Source: an uncultured Bacillota bacterium
GTDB lineage: Bacteria > Sysuimicrobiota > Sysuimicrobiia > Sysuimicrobiales > Segetimicrobiaceae
Length of the DNA stretch: 64,000 nucleotides
NCBI GenBank assembly: GCA_963804645.1
Contig: CAWDRG010000002.1
Span: forward strand, 1 to 64,000
Direction: 5' to 3'
Both the position numbers and the translations under genes were made by a program. Positions 27,001 through 38,486 of the stretch are shown here, one piece after another (within the stretch, counting starts at the first letter, position 1; each line of letters starts with the position of its first letter). The notes under the pieces were generated by a model. The model made no database searches. It saw nothing but the letters and a program-made list of their open reading frames with translations, and was not told where the DNA came from.

Positions 27001-30000
27001 CCCGATCATCGCGTATGAGCTGAGCCGCCCTCCTATCGTGCGGCGACTCGAGCTCAGCGCCTCCGACAGGGCGTTTCTCCGGCGCGCGGCCCGCAAAACC
27101 TGGCGGTACTTCGAGACCTTCATGGGACCGGATGACAACGGGCTGCCGCCGGACAACTACCAGGAGGCGCCGGTGGAGGGGGTGGCCCACCGTACCTCAC
27201 CGACGAACATCGGCCTCGCTCTGCTCTCCACGCTCGCGGCGCACGACTTCGGATTCATCTCGACGCCGGAGATGGTCGACCGGCTGGAGCGCGCGCTGTC
27301 GACGACCGAGGCGCTCGAGCGCTTCGAGGGGCACCTGCTGAATTGGTACGATACGAGGACCCTCGCACCGCTGTCGCCGCGGTACGTCTCGACCGTGGAC
27401 AGCGGGAACCTCGCGGGCGCGCTGATCGCCCTCGCCCATGGGCTGCGTTACGTGGCGCAGCGCCCCGGGGACCCGGCGGCACAGCGCGCCGGCTGTGCTG
27501 TCGTCGCGGACCTCCTGCGTGAAAGTCTCGCCGTCTTCGCGGTGAACCACCCCACGTTGGACGGTCGCACCGAGCCATTGGTGCGCATGGTCGACGAGAT
27601 TCGGGGTGAGCTGAACGGAACAACGGAGCCGGGTCACACCCTCGATGCCCTCGCGGCGCGCTCGGCGTTGCTCGGCGAGGCGATCGAGCACATCGAGGAA
27701 GCACCCGGCTCGGCGGACCGGGACGACGTCGTGTTCTGGTCGCGGCGGCTCGTCGAGGCGATGGAGCCTCGCGCTGTGGAGCGCGAACCTCAGGAGATCG
27801 TCCGGAGCCTCGCGGAACTGGCCGACAGGGCCGCGGCGATGGTGGACGCCATGAACTTTAAGTTCCTGTTCAACTCGGACCGCAAGCTCTTCGCCATTGG
27901 GTACCGGCTTCCCGACGCCGAGGGGCCCGGTCGGTACGACCCGTCGTTCTACGACCTGCTCGGTTCGGAAGCACGTCTTGCCAGCTTCATCGCGATCGCG
28001 AAGGGCGACGTGTCGCAGGATCACTGGTTTCATCTGGGGCGCGCGCTCGTCGGTGTCGGCGGGCGCCCCACCCTCGTCTCGTGGAGCGCGTCGATCTTCG
28101 AGTATCTCATGCCGCTCCTGTTCACGCGGACGTATCCTGACACGCTGCTCGATCAAACGTATGGGAACGTCGTGCGGGTGCAGATGGACTATGCGAAGGC
28201 TCGGGGGGTCCCCTGGGGCATCTCGGAATCGGCGTTCAACTTCCTTGACCGCTCGGGTCACTACCAGTACAAGGCCTTCGGTGTGCCCGGGTTGGGCTTG
28301 AAGCGCGGGCTGGCGGACGAGTTGGTGATCGCGCCTTATGCGACCATGCTGGCCGGCCTGGTCGAGCCGGAGCGGGCTGTGCACAACATGCGGCGGCTCT
28401 CGAAGCTCGGTCTGGAGGGGCGCTACGGCTACTATGAAGCGATCGATTATACAACGCCCGAACCCGTCGAGGCGAGCGATCCGGTGAGCCGGAAGCGCGA
28501 TCGTGCGAAGGGGACCGTGGTCACCGCGTTCTTCGCCCACCATCAGGCGATGTCTCTCGTCGCCATGGACAACGTCGTGTGCCATTCCCGCATGCAAGAG
28601 CGGTTCCACGCGGATCCCAAGGTGCAGGCCACGGAGCTGCTGCTCCAGGAGCGGCTCACGAGCCACTACGCTATCGCCGAGGCCCGGCCCGCCGAGGCCA
28701 CACCCACCGCGCCGGCGGCGGGTGGGAGCGCCGTGCGCCGGTTCCGGACGCCCCATACCCTCTTTCCTGAAGCGCACTTCCTCTCGAACGGGAACTATAC
28801 TGTCACCATCACGAACGCCGGGGGCGGCGCGTCGATGTGTCGCGGCCTGTCCGTCACACGGCTTCGGGAAGACCGGACGCGTGACCTCGGAAGCCAGTTC
28901 ATCTATCTGCGCGACGTTCGGAGCGGATCGGTGTGGTCCGCGGCCTTCCACCCGGTGGACAAGGAACCCGATCAGTATCTCGTCACGTTTCTCCCCGACA
29001 AAGCGGTCTTCCGTCGCCGGGATGACGAGATCAACACGCAACTCGAGATCACGGTCGCATTTGAGGACGACGTCGAGGTGCGTCGGCTCTCGGTGACGAA
29101 CACCAGCGATCGGGCGCGGGAAATCGAGGTGACGAGCTACGTTGAGCTCGCGCTGGCGACGCCGGCGGAGGACCTGGCGCATCCCGCCGTCGGAAAGCTG
29201 TTTCTCGAGACCGCCTATCTCCCCGAGAGCTCGGCGCTCCTCTGTGGCAAGCGGTCGTCGATCGGCGGCGAAGCCGGCCCCTTTGCGGTTCACGTGCTGG
29301 CGATCGAGGGGTTCATGCAAGGCCCGGTCGAGTGGGAGACGGATCGGACCGCGTTCCTTGGGCGGGGCCACGCGCCCGATCACCCCGTGGCCCTCGATGG
29401 TCGCCCCTTGTCGGGTGCCAGCGGGGCTGTGCTCGACCCCATCGCTAGCCTGCGACAGCGGGTTCGGTTGGCACCGGGAGGGCAGGTCCGTCTCGCGTTC
29501 TCCACCGGGATGGCGCCGAACCGCGCGGCGGCCGCCGCGCTCGCGGCACGCTACCATGACCCGGCGGCCGTGGCACGGGCCTTCGCGCTTGCGTTCACGC
29601 ACGCGCGGATCGAACTGCGCCACCTCGCGCTCACCCCCGAGGACGCGCAGCAGTTTCTCGAGCTGGCCTCGCGGGTCTTCTATACCGACGACTCGTTGCG
29701 CGCCGCGCCCGAGATCCTGGCGCGCAATACGCTCGGGCAACCCGAGTTGTGGCGGTACGGGATCTCCGGGGATCTCCCCATTCTGCTCGTGCAGGTGTTG
29801 AACGAAGATGCGGTCCCACTGGTGCAGCGGGTCCTCAAGGCGCAAGAGTTCTGGCGGCTCAAGGGGTTGAGTGCCGACGTGGTGATCCTGAATGAGCACC
29901 CGCTCGGCTACCGCGACGAAGTGCACAAGCAGTTTGAGGCGCTGCGTGAGCAGCGGGTCGTGGGCGGCGTGGCAAGGCCGTCCCGGTGGCGTGTTCCTGC

Positions 30001-32653
30001 TGCGGGGAGACGGTCTGGGTGAAGCGTCCCGCGTGCTTCTCGCGGCATCCGCGCGGGCGATACTGAGCGGCGACCTGGGTGACCTGGCGGACCAACTCGA
30101 CATCTCAGCACCGGAGCCAACGTGGCCCGCCGCTCTTGTCCCTCGCCGACGCGTGGAGCTGCGAGCCGGGGCGGCCGGGACCCCGGTCCCGGAACCGCGG
30201 GTGCTCACGCTCGCCAACGGGTTGGGCGGCTTTGCCGAAGGCGGTCGCGAGTATGTGGTCGCGCTCGACGGCGATCAGGAGACGCCGATGCCCTGGGCCA
30301 ACGTGCTCGCGAACCCGGGGTTCGGCACCATCGTCACGACGTCCGGGGCGTCGTTCAGCTGGGCCGAGAACAGCCGCGAATACCGGCTGACCCCGTTTGC
30401 GAACGATCCGGTCACCGATCCGACCGCAGAGGCCATCTTCCTGCGAGACGACGACACCGGTGAGGTCTGGACCGGCGCGCCCGGACCCATGCGCCGCACC
30501 GGTCAGAGCGGTCGCTGGAGCGTGTCGCACGCTGCGGGGATGACTCGGTTTTCACACGCAGGGCGCGTCGTGGCCCAGGACCTCAGGGTGTTTGTGCATC
30601 CTGACGATCCGGTGAAGTTCTCGCTCCTCACGCTCTCGAACCAGACCGATCGCCGCGTGCGCCTTAGCGTCTTCGCGTACAACGAATGGGCGCTGGGGCC
30701 TCCGCGGGCCGGCGAGCACCTCTACGTGGTGACCGAGGTAGATATCGAGCAGCACGCGGTCTTGGCGCGCAACGCCTACAACCGGGCGTTTCCGGGCCAC
30801 GTTGGCTTCGTGATGACGAGCGACGCGCTGGCCTCCGTGTGCGGCGACCGCCTCGAGTTCCTCGGCCGCAACGGGTCGTTGGCTCATCCGGCGGCGCTCG
30901 GGCGCAGCGAGTTGTCGGGGCGGTGTGGTGCGGGCTTGGACCCCTGCGCCGTGCTCCATACGCGGATTGAGTTAGCGCCGGGGGAGACCCAGCGCACGCT
31001 GGTGCTATTGGGACAGGGCACCGACCGGGCGCACGCGGACGCGCTGATGGAGCGGTACGGCACAGTGGCTGCCGCTGAAGCCATCTCCGAAGCCGTCCGG
31101 ACGCAGTGGGATGAGTTGCTCGGCGCCGTCCAAGTGCGGACGCCCGACGACTCGTTCGATATGATCATGAACCGCTGGCTGTTGTACCAGAATTTGAGCT
31201 GCCGGCTGTGGGCACGCTCGGGCTATTACCAGCCGGGCGGCGCGTACGGGTTCCGCGATCAGCTGCAGGATGTCATGGCGCTCGCGATGGTGCGTCCCGA
31301 TCTGTACCGAGACCATCTGCTCCGGGCGGCCCAGAGACAGTTTCTCGAAGGGGATGTGCAGCACTGGTGGCACCCGCAGTCCGGGGTGGGCGTGCGGACC
31401 CGTTGCTCGGATGATCTACTCTGGCTCCCCTATGCGGTCGCCCACTACGTGGAGACGACCGGAGACCGGGCCGTGCTCGACACCGTGGTGCCGTTTCTAG
31501 AGGCGCCGTTGCTCGAGCCGGAGCAAGAGTCGGCGTATGGAAGCCCCCGAGTGTCCGCCGAGACCGGGACGCTGTACGAGCACTGCGTACGGGCCATCGA
31601 TCGCGCGATCACAGTCGGCGCGCACGGGCTGCCGCTGATCGGTACCGGAGACTGGAACGACGGTATGAACCGTGTGGGGTACCACGGCAAGGGGGAGAGC
31701 ACGTGGCTCGGATGGTTCCTGCATACGGTGCTGGACCGCTTTGCGCTCCTGTGCGAGGCGCGTGCCGATGCGCCTCGGGTCGCCGGGTACCAGAACGTCG
31801 GTGCCCAACTCGCGCAGGCCCTCGAGCTCGCGTGGGATGGCAACTGGTACCGGCGGGCGTACTTCGACGACGGGACGCCGCTCGGGATCCGAGCAGAACG
31901 ACGAGTGTAAGATCGACGCGATCGCGCAGTCGTGGGCGGTCCTGTCCGGCGTGGCCCCGGCGCGGCGCGCGGAGCGGGCGATGGACGCGGTGCGCACCCT
32001 CCTGATCGACCGCCCCGGCGGGGTGATCCTGCTCTTGACCCCGCCGTTCGACAGATCGGCGCAAGACCCCCGGGTACATCAAGCAGTATCTCCCCGGTAT
32101 TCGCGAGAACGGCGGTCAGTATACGCACGCCGCGATCTGGACGGCCATGGCGATCGCGAAGCTCGGCAACGGAGACGAAGCCGTGGAGTTGTTTCACATG
32201 CTCAACCCGATCAACCACGCGCGATCGCGGCAGGATGTCGAGCGGTACAAGGTGGAGCCGTACGTGGTCGCGGCAGATGTCTACGCTCACCGCCGTCACG
32301 TAGGCCGAGGCGGCTGGACGTGGTACACTGGGTCGGCTGGCTGGTTGTATCGCCTCGGGCTTGAGAGCATCCTTGGGCTAACGCGCCACGGTGCGTCGTT
32401 CGCGCTCGATCCCTGTATCCCCGCTTCGTGGCCCGCCTATTCGATCACGTGGCGCGTCGGGCGTACCCGATACGAAATCACCGTGACCAACCCGGAACAG
32501 TGCTGCCGCGGCATCGCGAACGCGACCCTGGATGGCCACGCCGTTGCCCCCTCGGCCATCCCGCTGACGGACGACGGGGCGGTCCATGACGTCAACCTCG
32601 TGATGGGCGTTCCGCAGGAGACCCCAACGACGACAGCGCCCCTCGCTCGATAG
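24014..32653 (+). CDS. ndvB: Cyclic beta-1,2-glucan synthase/phosphorylase (NdvB/ChvB; GT84+GH94), frameshifted three times; start uncertain
   Basis: [71 protein letters not shown] spread over successive frames; +1 shifts near 29945, 31887 and 32070. Confidence 0.92.
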
Positions 32654-32847
32654 CACAGCGAGACCGACGGCGCAGCATGCTCCGACGCGGCCCCCCACTC
32701 TTCCGATCCGTCGGTTGGATGGTCTCGATCCCGTGAGAACGGTGTACAGCATCAACGGTCGGTGTGCGCCGGCACGCCTTCGGAGGCACGGTGGGACCTC
32801 GCGCCGAAGCCGTACTCTGAGCCGAATGACCACGGGGGGTGACTAGC

Positions 32848-34056
32848 ATGGCGCCGACACCAGTGTCCGACACGACAGCGCTCAAGGCGCGGGCCCTCAA
32901 GGCGCTCGACGGGCTCGAGGCCGAGGCCCGCGCGCTCGCGCTTCGGATTCACGACACGCCCGAGATCGGGTTTGAAGAGGAGCGCGCGGTCGCGTGGGTC
33001 AGCGAGCTGCTCGAGCAGCACGGCCTGCGGGTCGACCGCGGCGTCGCGGGGATCCCGACCGCCATCGTCGCCCGCGTCCCGGGCGGCCACGGGGGGCCGA
33101 CCGTCGGGTTGATCGCCGAGTACGATGCGCTCGCCGGCTTGGGCCACGCCTGCGGCCACAATTTGATGGCGGCCGGGATGGCGGCCGCCGCGGCGGCGCT
33201 CGGGACGGTCGCGCCGGAGCTGCGCGGGTCGATCGTGTACTATGGCACGCCGGCCGAAGAGGGCGGCGGCGGCAAGGTGCTCATGCTCGAAGGGCGGCGC
33301 CTTCCAAGGCTGCGACGCGGCGCTGCAGTATCACGCGGGGGACCACACGTCGGTCGCGACGGGGTGCCTGGCGGTCCAGATCTTGACGTTCCAGTTCCGG
33401 GGCGGCCGGCCCACTCGGCGGCCGGCCCGTGGAACGGCCTGAACGCGCTCGACGCGGTGATCCAGCTGTTCAACTCGGTCAACGCGCTGCGCCAGCAGCT
33501 GCGGCCGGAGACGCGCGTCCACGGGATCATCACGGACGGCGGGCAGGCCGTCAATATCATCCCGGAGCGCGCCGCCGCGTCCTTAGGCGTGCGCTCCCCC
33601 GACACCGCGTACCACCGCGACGTGGTCGCCCGCGTCGAGGCGTGCGCGCGCGGCGCGGCGGAGGCGACCGGCACGACCCTCGAGGTCACCAAGGGCCTCC
33701 TGATGGAGTCGCTCAAGTACAACGCCACGCTTGCCGGCGTCGTCAAGCGCAACTCCCAGGCGATCGGGTTTGAGATGGCGGAGCGGTTCGTCGGGGCGTC
33801 GACCGATCTCGGAAATCTGAGCCAGGCGCTCCCGACCGTGAGCTACACCCTGCCGACCTGCCCGCCAGGCGTCGGGATGCACACGCGGGCCGCCCTCGAG
33901 GCCGGCAAGGCGGAGATCGGTCTCGCGGGCATGATGAACGATGCGCGGGTCATGGTCCTGAGCGCGATCGACCTCCTCACGTCCCCCGACCTCATCGAAC
34001 GGGCGTGGGCGGACTTTCGGAGCGGCGGGAACCTTTCACGGGAGCCCGGCGCTTAG
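32848..34056 (+). CDS. M20 family amidohydrolase (ACY1L2/AbgB-like) with compensating frameshifts
   Basis: PEIGFEE, AEYDAL..LGHACGHN, GTPAEEGGGGK, ASTDLGN. Confidence 0.9.
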   Translation: MAPTPVSDTTALKARALKALDGLEAEARALALRIHDTPEIGFEEERAVAWVSELLEQHGLRVDRGVAGIPTAIVARVPGGHGGPTVGLIAEYDALAGLGHACGHNLMAAGMAAAAAALGTVAPELRGSIVYYGTPAEEGGGGKVLMLEGRRLPRLRRGAAVSRGGPHVGRDGVPGGPDLDVPVPGRPAHSAAGPWNGLNALDAVIQLFNSVNALRQQLRPETRVHGIITDGGQAVNIIPERAAASLGVRSPDTAYHRDVVARVEACARGAAEATGTTLEVTKGLLMESLKYNATLAGVVKRNSQAIGFEMAERFVGASTDLGNLSQALPTVSYTLPTCPPGVGMHTRAALEAGKAEIGLAGMMNDARVMVLSAIDLLTSPDLIERAWADFRSGGNLSREPGA

Positions 34057-34088
34057 TGCGGAGATCGAACTGACGCAGGAGGTTCACG

Positions 34089-35486
34089 ATGCCCGTGGCC
34101 CTTGAGCCGTTCGTCCCGTCGTCCGGGGATCCGTGGGATTCCCAGAAGGCCGCGCATCTGCTGCGAAGGGCGGGCTTCGGCCCGCTGCCGCGCGAAATCG
34201 CCGCGGCCGCCGCCGTCGGGCCCGACCGCGCGGTCGACGCCCTGTTCGTGTTTCCGCCGGCGCTCCCCATTCCCCCCGTCGCCCTGGGGGACGCCCAGGC
34301 GGCGGAGATGCGGCTCGACGCCGAGCTGGAGCTCCTGCGGTCGACCCGCCAGCGCGCGCAGGACCATCCCGAGCTCCGCGAGTTTTACGAGCAGGTGAAT
34401 CAGGCGCACGGCCGTGCGATCGTCGAGACCACCTCGTGGTGGCTGGATCGGATGGCCTCGGGGCCCGCGCCGCTCCAGGAGAAGCTCGTCCTCTTCTGGC
34501 ACGGGCACTTCACGAGCTCGTTCGGGGACGTGCAGGACGCGATCGCGATGTACAATCAGAACCAGCTGTTCCGGCACTACGCCGCGGGGAACTTCGCGCG
34601 GCTCTTCGACGCCGTCGCCCGGGATCCCGCGATGCTGCGCTATTTGAACAACGACCAGAACCAGCGCGGCCGCCCGAACGAGAATTGGGCGCGCGAGGCG
34701 ATGGAACTGTTCACGATGGGGATCGGCCACTACACCGAGGACGACGTGCGTGAGGCCGCGCGCGCGTGGACCGGGTGGACCGTGGTGGACTACCGGTCGT
34801 TCCAGGACCGGCGGACGTTCGCGTTGAAACCGGCCGAGCACGACGGAGGCCAGAAGACGTTTCTCGGCCAGACCGGGCCGTGGGACGGCACCGACGTGAT
34901 GCGGATCATCCTCGCGACTCCCGCGGCGCCCCAGTGGGTGGCGGCGAGGCTGGCGAAGTTCTTTGTGGCGCCGCAGCCGCCCGCGGAGTTGGTCGACGGG
35001 CTCGCCGGCTTGCTGCGCCAAAACAACTACGAGCTCGCGCCCGTGCTGCGGGCGCTGTTCCGCTCGCGCGCGTTCTACCGGCCCGACGTGATGCACGCGC
35101 AGGTCAAGAGCCCGACGGAGTACGTCGTGGGAGCGGTGCGGCATCTCGGCATCCAGGACGCGGATTGGATCCGGCTTGGAGAGGCGATGACGCTGATGGG
35201 CCAGCGCCTGTTCTTCCCGCCGACCGTGGCCGGCTGGGACGGCGGCGCGGCGTGGATGAACTCCGGGACCGTGTTCACGCGCAGCGACGTCGCGGCGGCG
35301 CTGCTGGTCGGGCGCCTCGGCGTGCCGAATCTCGCGCCGCTCGGGTCGCCCGAGGCGATCAGCGCCCAGCTGCTCGCGCGTCCGCTGGCCCCGGCGCGCC
35401 AGGCGGTGCTGGCGCAGACGTCGGTCCCGTCGATGACCGGCGTGATCCACCTGGTGATGACGCTTCCTGAGTATCACGTAGCGTGA
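34089..35486 (+). CDS. DUF1800 domain protein
   Basis: AAHLLRRAGFG, EKLVLFWHGHF, PAMLRYL, NENWARE.MELFT.G, PPTVAGW. Confidence 0.93.
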   Translation: MPVALEPFVPSSGDPWDSQKAAHLLRRAGFGPLPREIAAAAAVGPDRAVDALFVFPPALPIPPVALGDAQAAEMRLDAELELLRSTRQRAQDHPELREFYEQVNQAHGRAIVETTSWWLDRMASGPAPLQEKLVLFWHGHFTSSFGDVQDAIAMYNQNQLFRHYAAGNFARLFDAVARDPAMLRYLNNDQNQRGRPNENWAREAMELFTMGIGHYTEDDVREAARAWTGWTVVDYRSFQDRRTFALKPAEHDGGQKTFLGQTGPWDGTDVMRIILATPAAPQWVAARLAKFFVAPQPPAELVDGLAGLLRQNNYELAPVLRALFRSRAFYRPDVMHAQVKSPTEYVVGAVRHLGIQDADWIRLGEAMTLMGQRLFFPPTVAGWDGGAAWMNSGTVFTRSDVAAALLVGRLGVPNLAPLGSPEAISAQLLARPLAPARQAVLAQTSVPSMTGVIHLVMTLPEYHVA

Positions 35487-35499
35487 GGAGGACACCAGC

Positions 35500-36825
35500 A
35501 TGCGGCACATGATGACCCGGCGGGAGTTTCTGGCCAAGGGGCTGACGATCGTCTCCGCCGGCGTCACCGCCCCGATGTTCCTGACGAGGACCGCGCTCGC
35601 GCTCAACAACCCGTGGGACCAGTCGCTCACCGCGCAGGCCGCGGGCCAGCCGGACTGGCCGATTCTCGTCGTCGTCCAGATGGGCGGGGGCAACGATGGG
35701 CTCAACACGATCGTCCCGTTCGTGCACGACGAGTACTACCGGGCGCGCCCGCATCTCGCGGTCCCGCAGAATCAGCTGCTGCGGCTGAACGACGAGGTCG
35801 GCCTGAACCCCGAGCTCAAGCCGCTCAAGGAGCTGTTCGACGACGGCCAGCTGGGCATTATCCAGGGCGTGGGCTATCCCAATCCGAACCGCAGCCACTT
35901 CCGGTCCATGGAGATCTGGCATACGGCCGACCCGACCGGGACCGGGCCGAAGACCGGCTGGCTGGGACGGATGTTCGACAGCGAGTGCCCCGACTGCGGC
36001 GAGACTGCGGGCATCACGCTGTCTCCGGAGATGCCGCTCGCGATGCAGGGCACCGGCGGCCGGGTCGTCGCGATGGACAACCCCGCTCGGTTCGGGTTTC
36101 ACCCGGTCCCCGGCGCGGGCGCGCAGGAGGTCGAGGCGCTGCACGCGCTGCTCCGCCCCGTCGCCGGCGAGGAGCCGATGGTGGACTTCCTCACGCATAC
36201 GGAGATGAACGCGCTCGTCGCCGCCTCCGACGTCGGCAAGATCGCCAGCAAGATCGCGACCGACGCCGGCGCGGGGTATCCGAAAGACCCGTTCAGCCAG
36301 AAGCTGCGGATCGTCGCCGAGCTGATCGCGGCCGGCTCCCCGACGCGCGTCTACTACGTCGGCCTCGGCGGGTTCGATACCCACGCCGCTCAGGCCGGCC
36401 GCCAGGATCGGCTGCTCGCGACCCTCGGCGCCGGGCTCGGCGCGTTCGCGGGCGACCTCAAAGACAAGGGCCTCCAAGAGCGGGTGCTCACGATGACGTT
36501 CTCGGAGTTCGGACGCCGGGTCGCCGAGAACGACGCGGCCGGCACCGACCACGGCACTGCGGCGCCGATGTTCCTGATGGGCGGTCCCGTCACCCCGGGC
36601 GTGCACGGCGCCCACCCGAGCCTGACGGACCTCGACATGGGCGATCTCAAGTTCGGCACCGACTTCCGGAGCGTGTACGCGACGGTTCTCGAACAGTGGC
36701 TCGGCGTCAAGAGCGATACAATCCTGAACGGGCGGTTCCAGACCCTGGATATTGTGAAGCCGCACGTGGGGGCGGTGGCCGTCTCCGGCCTGATGCCCGG
36801 CGGGGCGCGCGTGCGCCGCGCCTAG
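35500..36825 (+). CDS. DUF1501 domain protein with Tat signal
   Basis: TRREFL, GGNDGLN, PNRSHF, GGFDTH, SEFGRR, GTDHG. Confidence 0.93.
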   Translation: MRHMMTRREFLAKGLTIVSAGVTAPMFLTRTALALNNPWDQSLTAQAAGQPDWPILVVVQMGGGNDGLNTIVPFVHDEYYRARPHLAVPQNQLLRLNDEVGLNPELKPLKELFDDGQLGIIQGVGYPNPNRSHFRSMEIWHTADPTGTGPKTGWLGRMFDSECPDCGETAGITLSPEMPLAMQGTGGRVVAMDNPARFGFHPVPGAGAQEVEALHALLRPVAGEEPMVDFLTHTEMNALVAASDVGKIASKIATDAGAGYPKDPFSQKLRIVAELIAAGSPTRVYYVGLGGFDTHAAQAGRQDRLLATLGAGLGAFAGDLKDKGLQERVLTMTFSEFGRRVAENDAAGTDHGTAAPMFLMGGPVTPGVHGAHPSLTDLDMGDLKFGTDFRSVYATVLEQWLGVKSDTILNGRFQTLDIVKPHVGAVAVSGLMPGGARVRRA

Positions 36826-36852
36826 TCTGCCCTCGGGGATTGACGCGCGGCG

Positions 36853-37368
36853 CTAGCCGCCCGCGGCGGCGTTGGCGCGGCTCAGCAGCGTGTTGTGCAC
36901 CGAGGCGACGATTTCCTCGAGCGCGTAGCTCAGGTACACCGCCTTGGACCCCGCCAGGTCGTGCCGAGGGGACTCAAGGACATACGGCGGCGCGTGCTTC
37001 GGCAGCGGCGGCAGCGGCTGGAACGCCTCAACCAGCAGGGTGTCAGTCAGCTTCGTGAGCATGTCGAGCCGCCTCTCGACGGCCGCCGGCGCTTCATCGG
37101 GAATGCCGCTTGCGGAATGCGTGCCGTTCGGCAGCGCGACGGGAAGCACGTTCCGAAGCTCGATCAGGGCGCTGCGGATCCCGTCGAGTGTCCGGCGCAG
37201 GTCGTCCGCGTGGGAGACCCGGATGCCGGGGGCCTGCGGATAGTCGGGTCTGGCCTGGAGGAGCGGTTCCTGCTGCGACAGCCGGCGGAGTGCCTCCGCG
37301 TACGTGCCCAGTCCCTCCACGCGCCGCCACAACGACAGCCACGGCTGCTGGTCACCTGCGTCGGTCAT
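36853..37368 (-). CDS. Hypothetical protein
   Basis: RBS GGAGGA; helical protein-like sequence; no family recognised. Confidence 0.65.
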   Translation of the reverse strand: MTDAGDQQPWLSLWRRVEGLGTYAEALRRLSQQEPLLQARPDYPQAPGIRVSHADDLRRTLDGIRSALIELRNVLPVALPNGTHSASGIPDEAPAAVERRLDMLTKLTDTLLVEAFQPLPPLPKHAPPYVLESPRHDLAGSKAVYLSYALEEIVASVHNTLLSRANAAAGG

Positions 37369-37546
37369 GCCCGGTCCTCCCTGACGTCCTGATGCGATCC
37401 GCACGTCCCCGGCGTCCGTTCTCGCTATCATACGGTGCGGGCGTCGCGTCCGCCTGCCGCCGCCGCGGGGCGCGCACCCTGGGACTGTGCTATCATCGAC
37501 CCGTGCCGTCTCGAGTGAGCCGCTACCGACGCGCCCGGAGGCCTGC

Positions 37547-38428
37547 ATGAGCGGGCCCGGTTGGAAGCGCACCGTGCCGCTGCCGGCGGCCGTGCGCCTC
37601 GTCTGGCACGAGTCGGAACCGTTCCCGCGGGATGTGCCGATTGAGGCGCTCTACACCGACCTGCGGTTCCCGGCGGCGCTTGACGGCCTCCCCTATCTCA
37701 TCGCCAACATGGTCATGACCCAAAACGGCGAGGCGGCTGTCGACGGCAAGGCGTATCCGGTCGGGACGCCCGTGGACGGAGTGGCGCTGACGCGCCTGCG
37801 CGTCGCGACCGATGCGACGCTGACCGGCATCGGGACGGTGCTCGCCGAGGACGTGACCGCGGTCCTGTCCGAGGCGGAGGCCGCCCGGCGCGTGGCCGCG
37901 GGGCGCCCGCCGCACGTGCTGGTGGCCGTCCTGAGCACCGCGCTCGAGTTTCCGCCGGAGACGCTCTCCCGCCGTCTGTTCACCGACCCTCGGTTCGATC
38001 GGGTCGTGGTCACGACGGAGCGCGCGGCCGCCGGTGCCGCGGCCCACGTGGAGGCCCTCGGCATCGACGTGATCCGCGTCGCCGCATCGTCGGACGGCCG
38101 TCCGGACCCCGCCGCAGCCCTGCGCGCGCTCGGGCGGCGGGGCGTGCGCAGTGTGGTGACCGAGGGGGGTCCGGGACTCCTCACGAGCCTCTTCCGGGCG
38201 CGGCTCGTGCGCGAGTACTTCCTGACGACGAGCCCGTTTGTGCTCGGCGGCACCGCCGCGCCGCGGCCGGTCAGCGGCGCGCTGGACCCGTTCATCCTGG
38301 TGAGCCGGATCAGCCGGATCGAACACGCGTTTCGCGACCCCGCCACCGGCGCGCCGCTCGTGGAGGCGCTCGATCGCTTTCGCGTCGTGTATCCGGAGGC
38401 CTCCCCACCGGCCGGGGCGAATGCGTAG
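37547..38428 (+). CDS. RibD C-terminal reductase-like protein
   Basis: PYLIANMV, G.GTV.AE, VVTEGGP.L, EYFLT.SP. Confidence 0.8.
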   Translation: MSGPGWKRTVPLPAAVRLVWHESEPFPRDVPIEALYTDLRFPAALDGLPYLIANMVMTQNGEAAVDGKAYPVGTPVDGVALTRLRVATDATLTGIGTVLAEDVTAVLSEAEAARRVAAGRPPHVLVAVLSTALEFPPETLSRRLFTDPRFDRVVVTTERAAAGAAAHVEALGIDVIRVAASSDGRPDPAAALRALGRRGVRSVVTEGGPGLLTSLFRARLVREYFLTTSPFVLGGTAAPRPVSGALDPFILVSRISRIEHAFRDPATGAPLVEALDRFRVVYPEASPPAGANA

Positions 38429-38486
38429 CGAGGACCCGCCGCACGGCGCGGCTCCGATCACATCGGTTTGAGAGGGGTGAGCGTCC

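Noticed and set aside
27197..30217. 1006-aa minus-strand ORF
   Set aside because: Antisense shadow of ndvB caused by high-GC codon bias; no motifs.
29940..32075. Programmed ribosomal frameshifting in ndvB
   Set aside because: No slippery heptamers, and similar indels occur in many unrelated genes.
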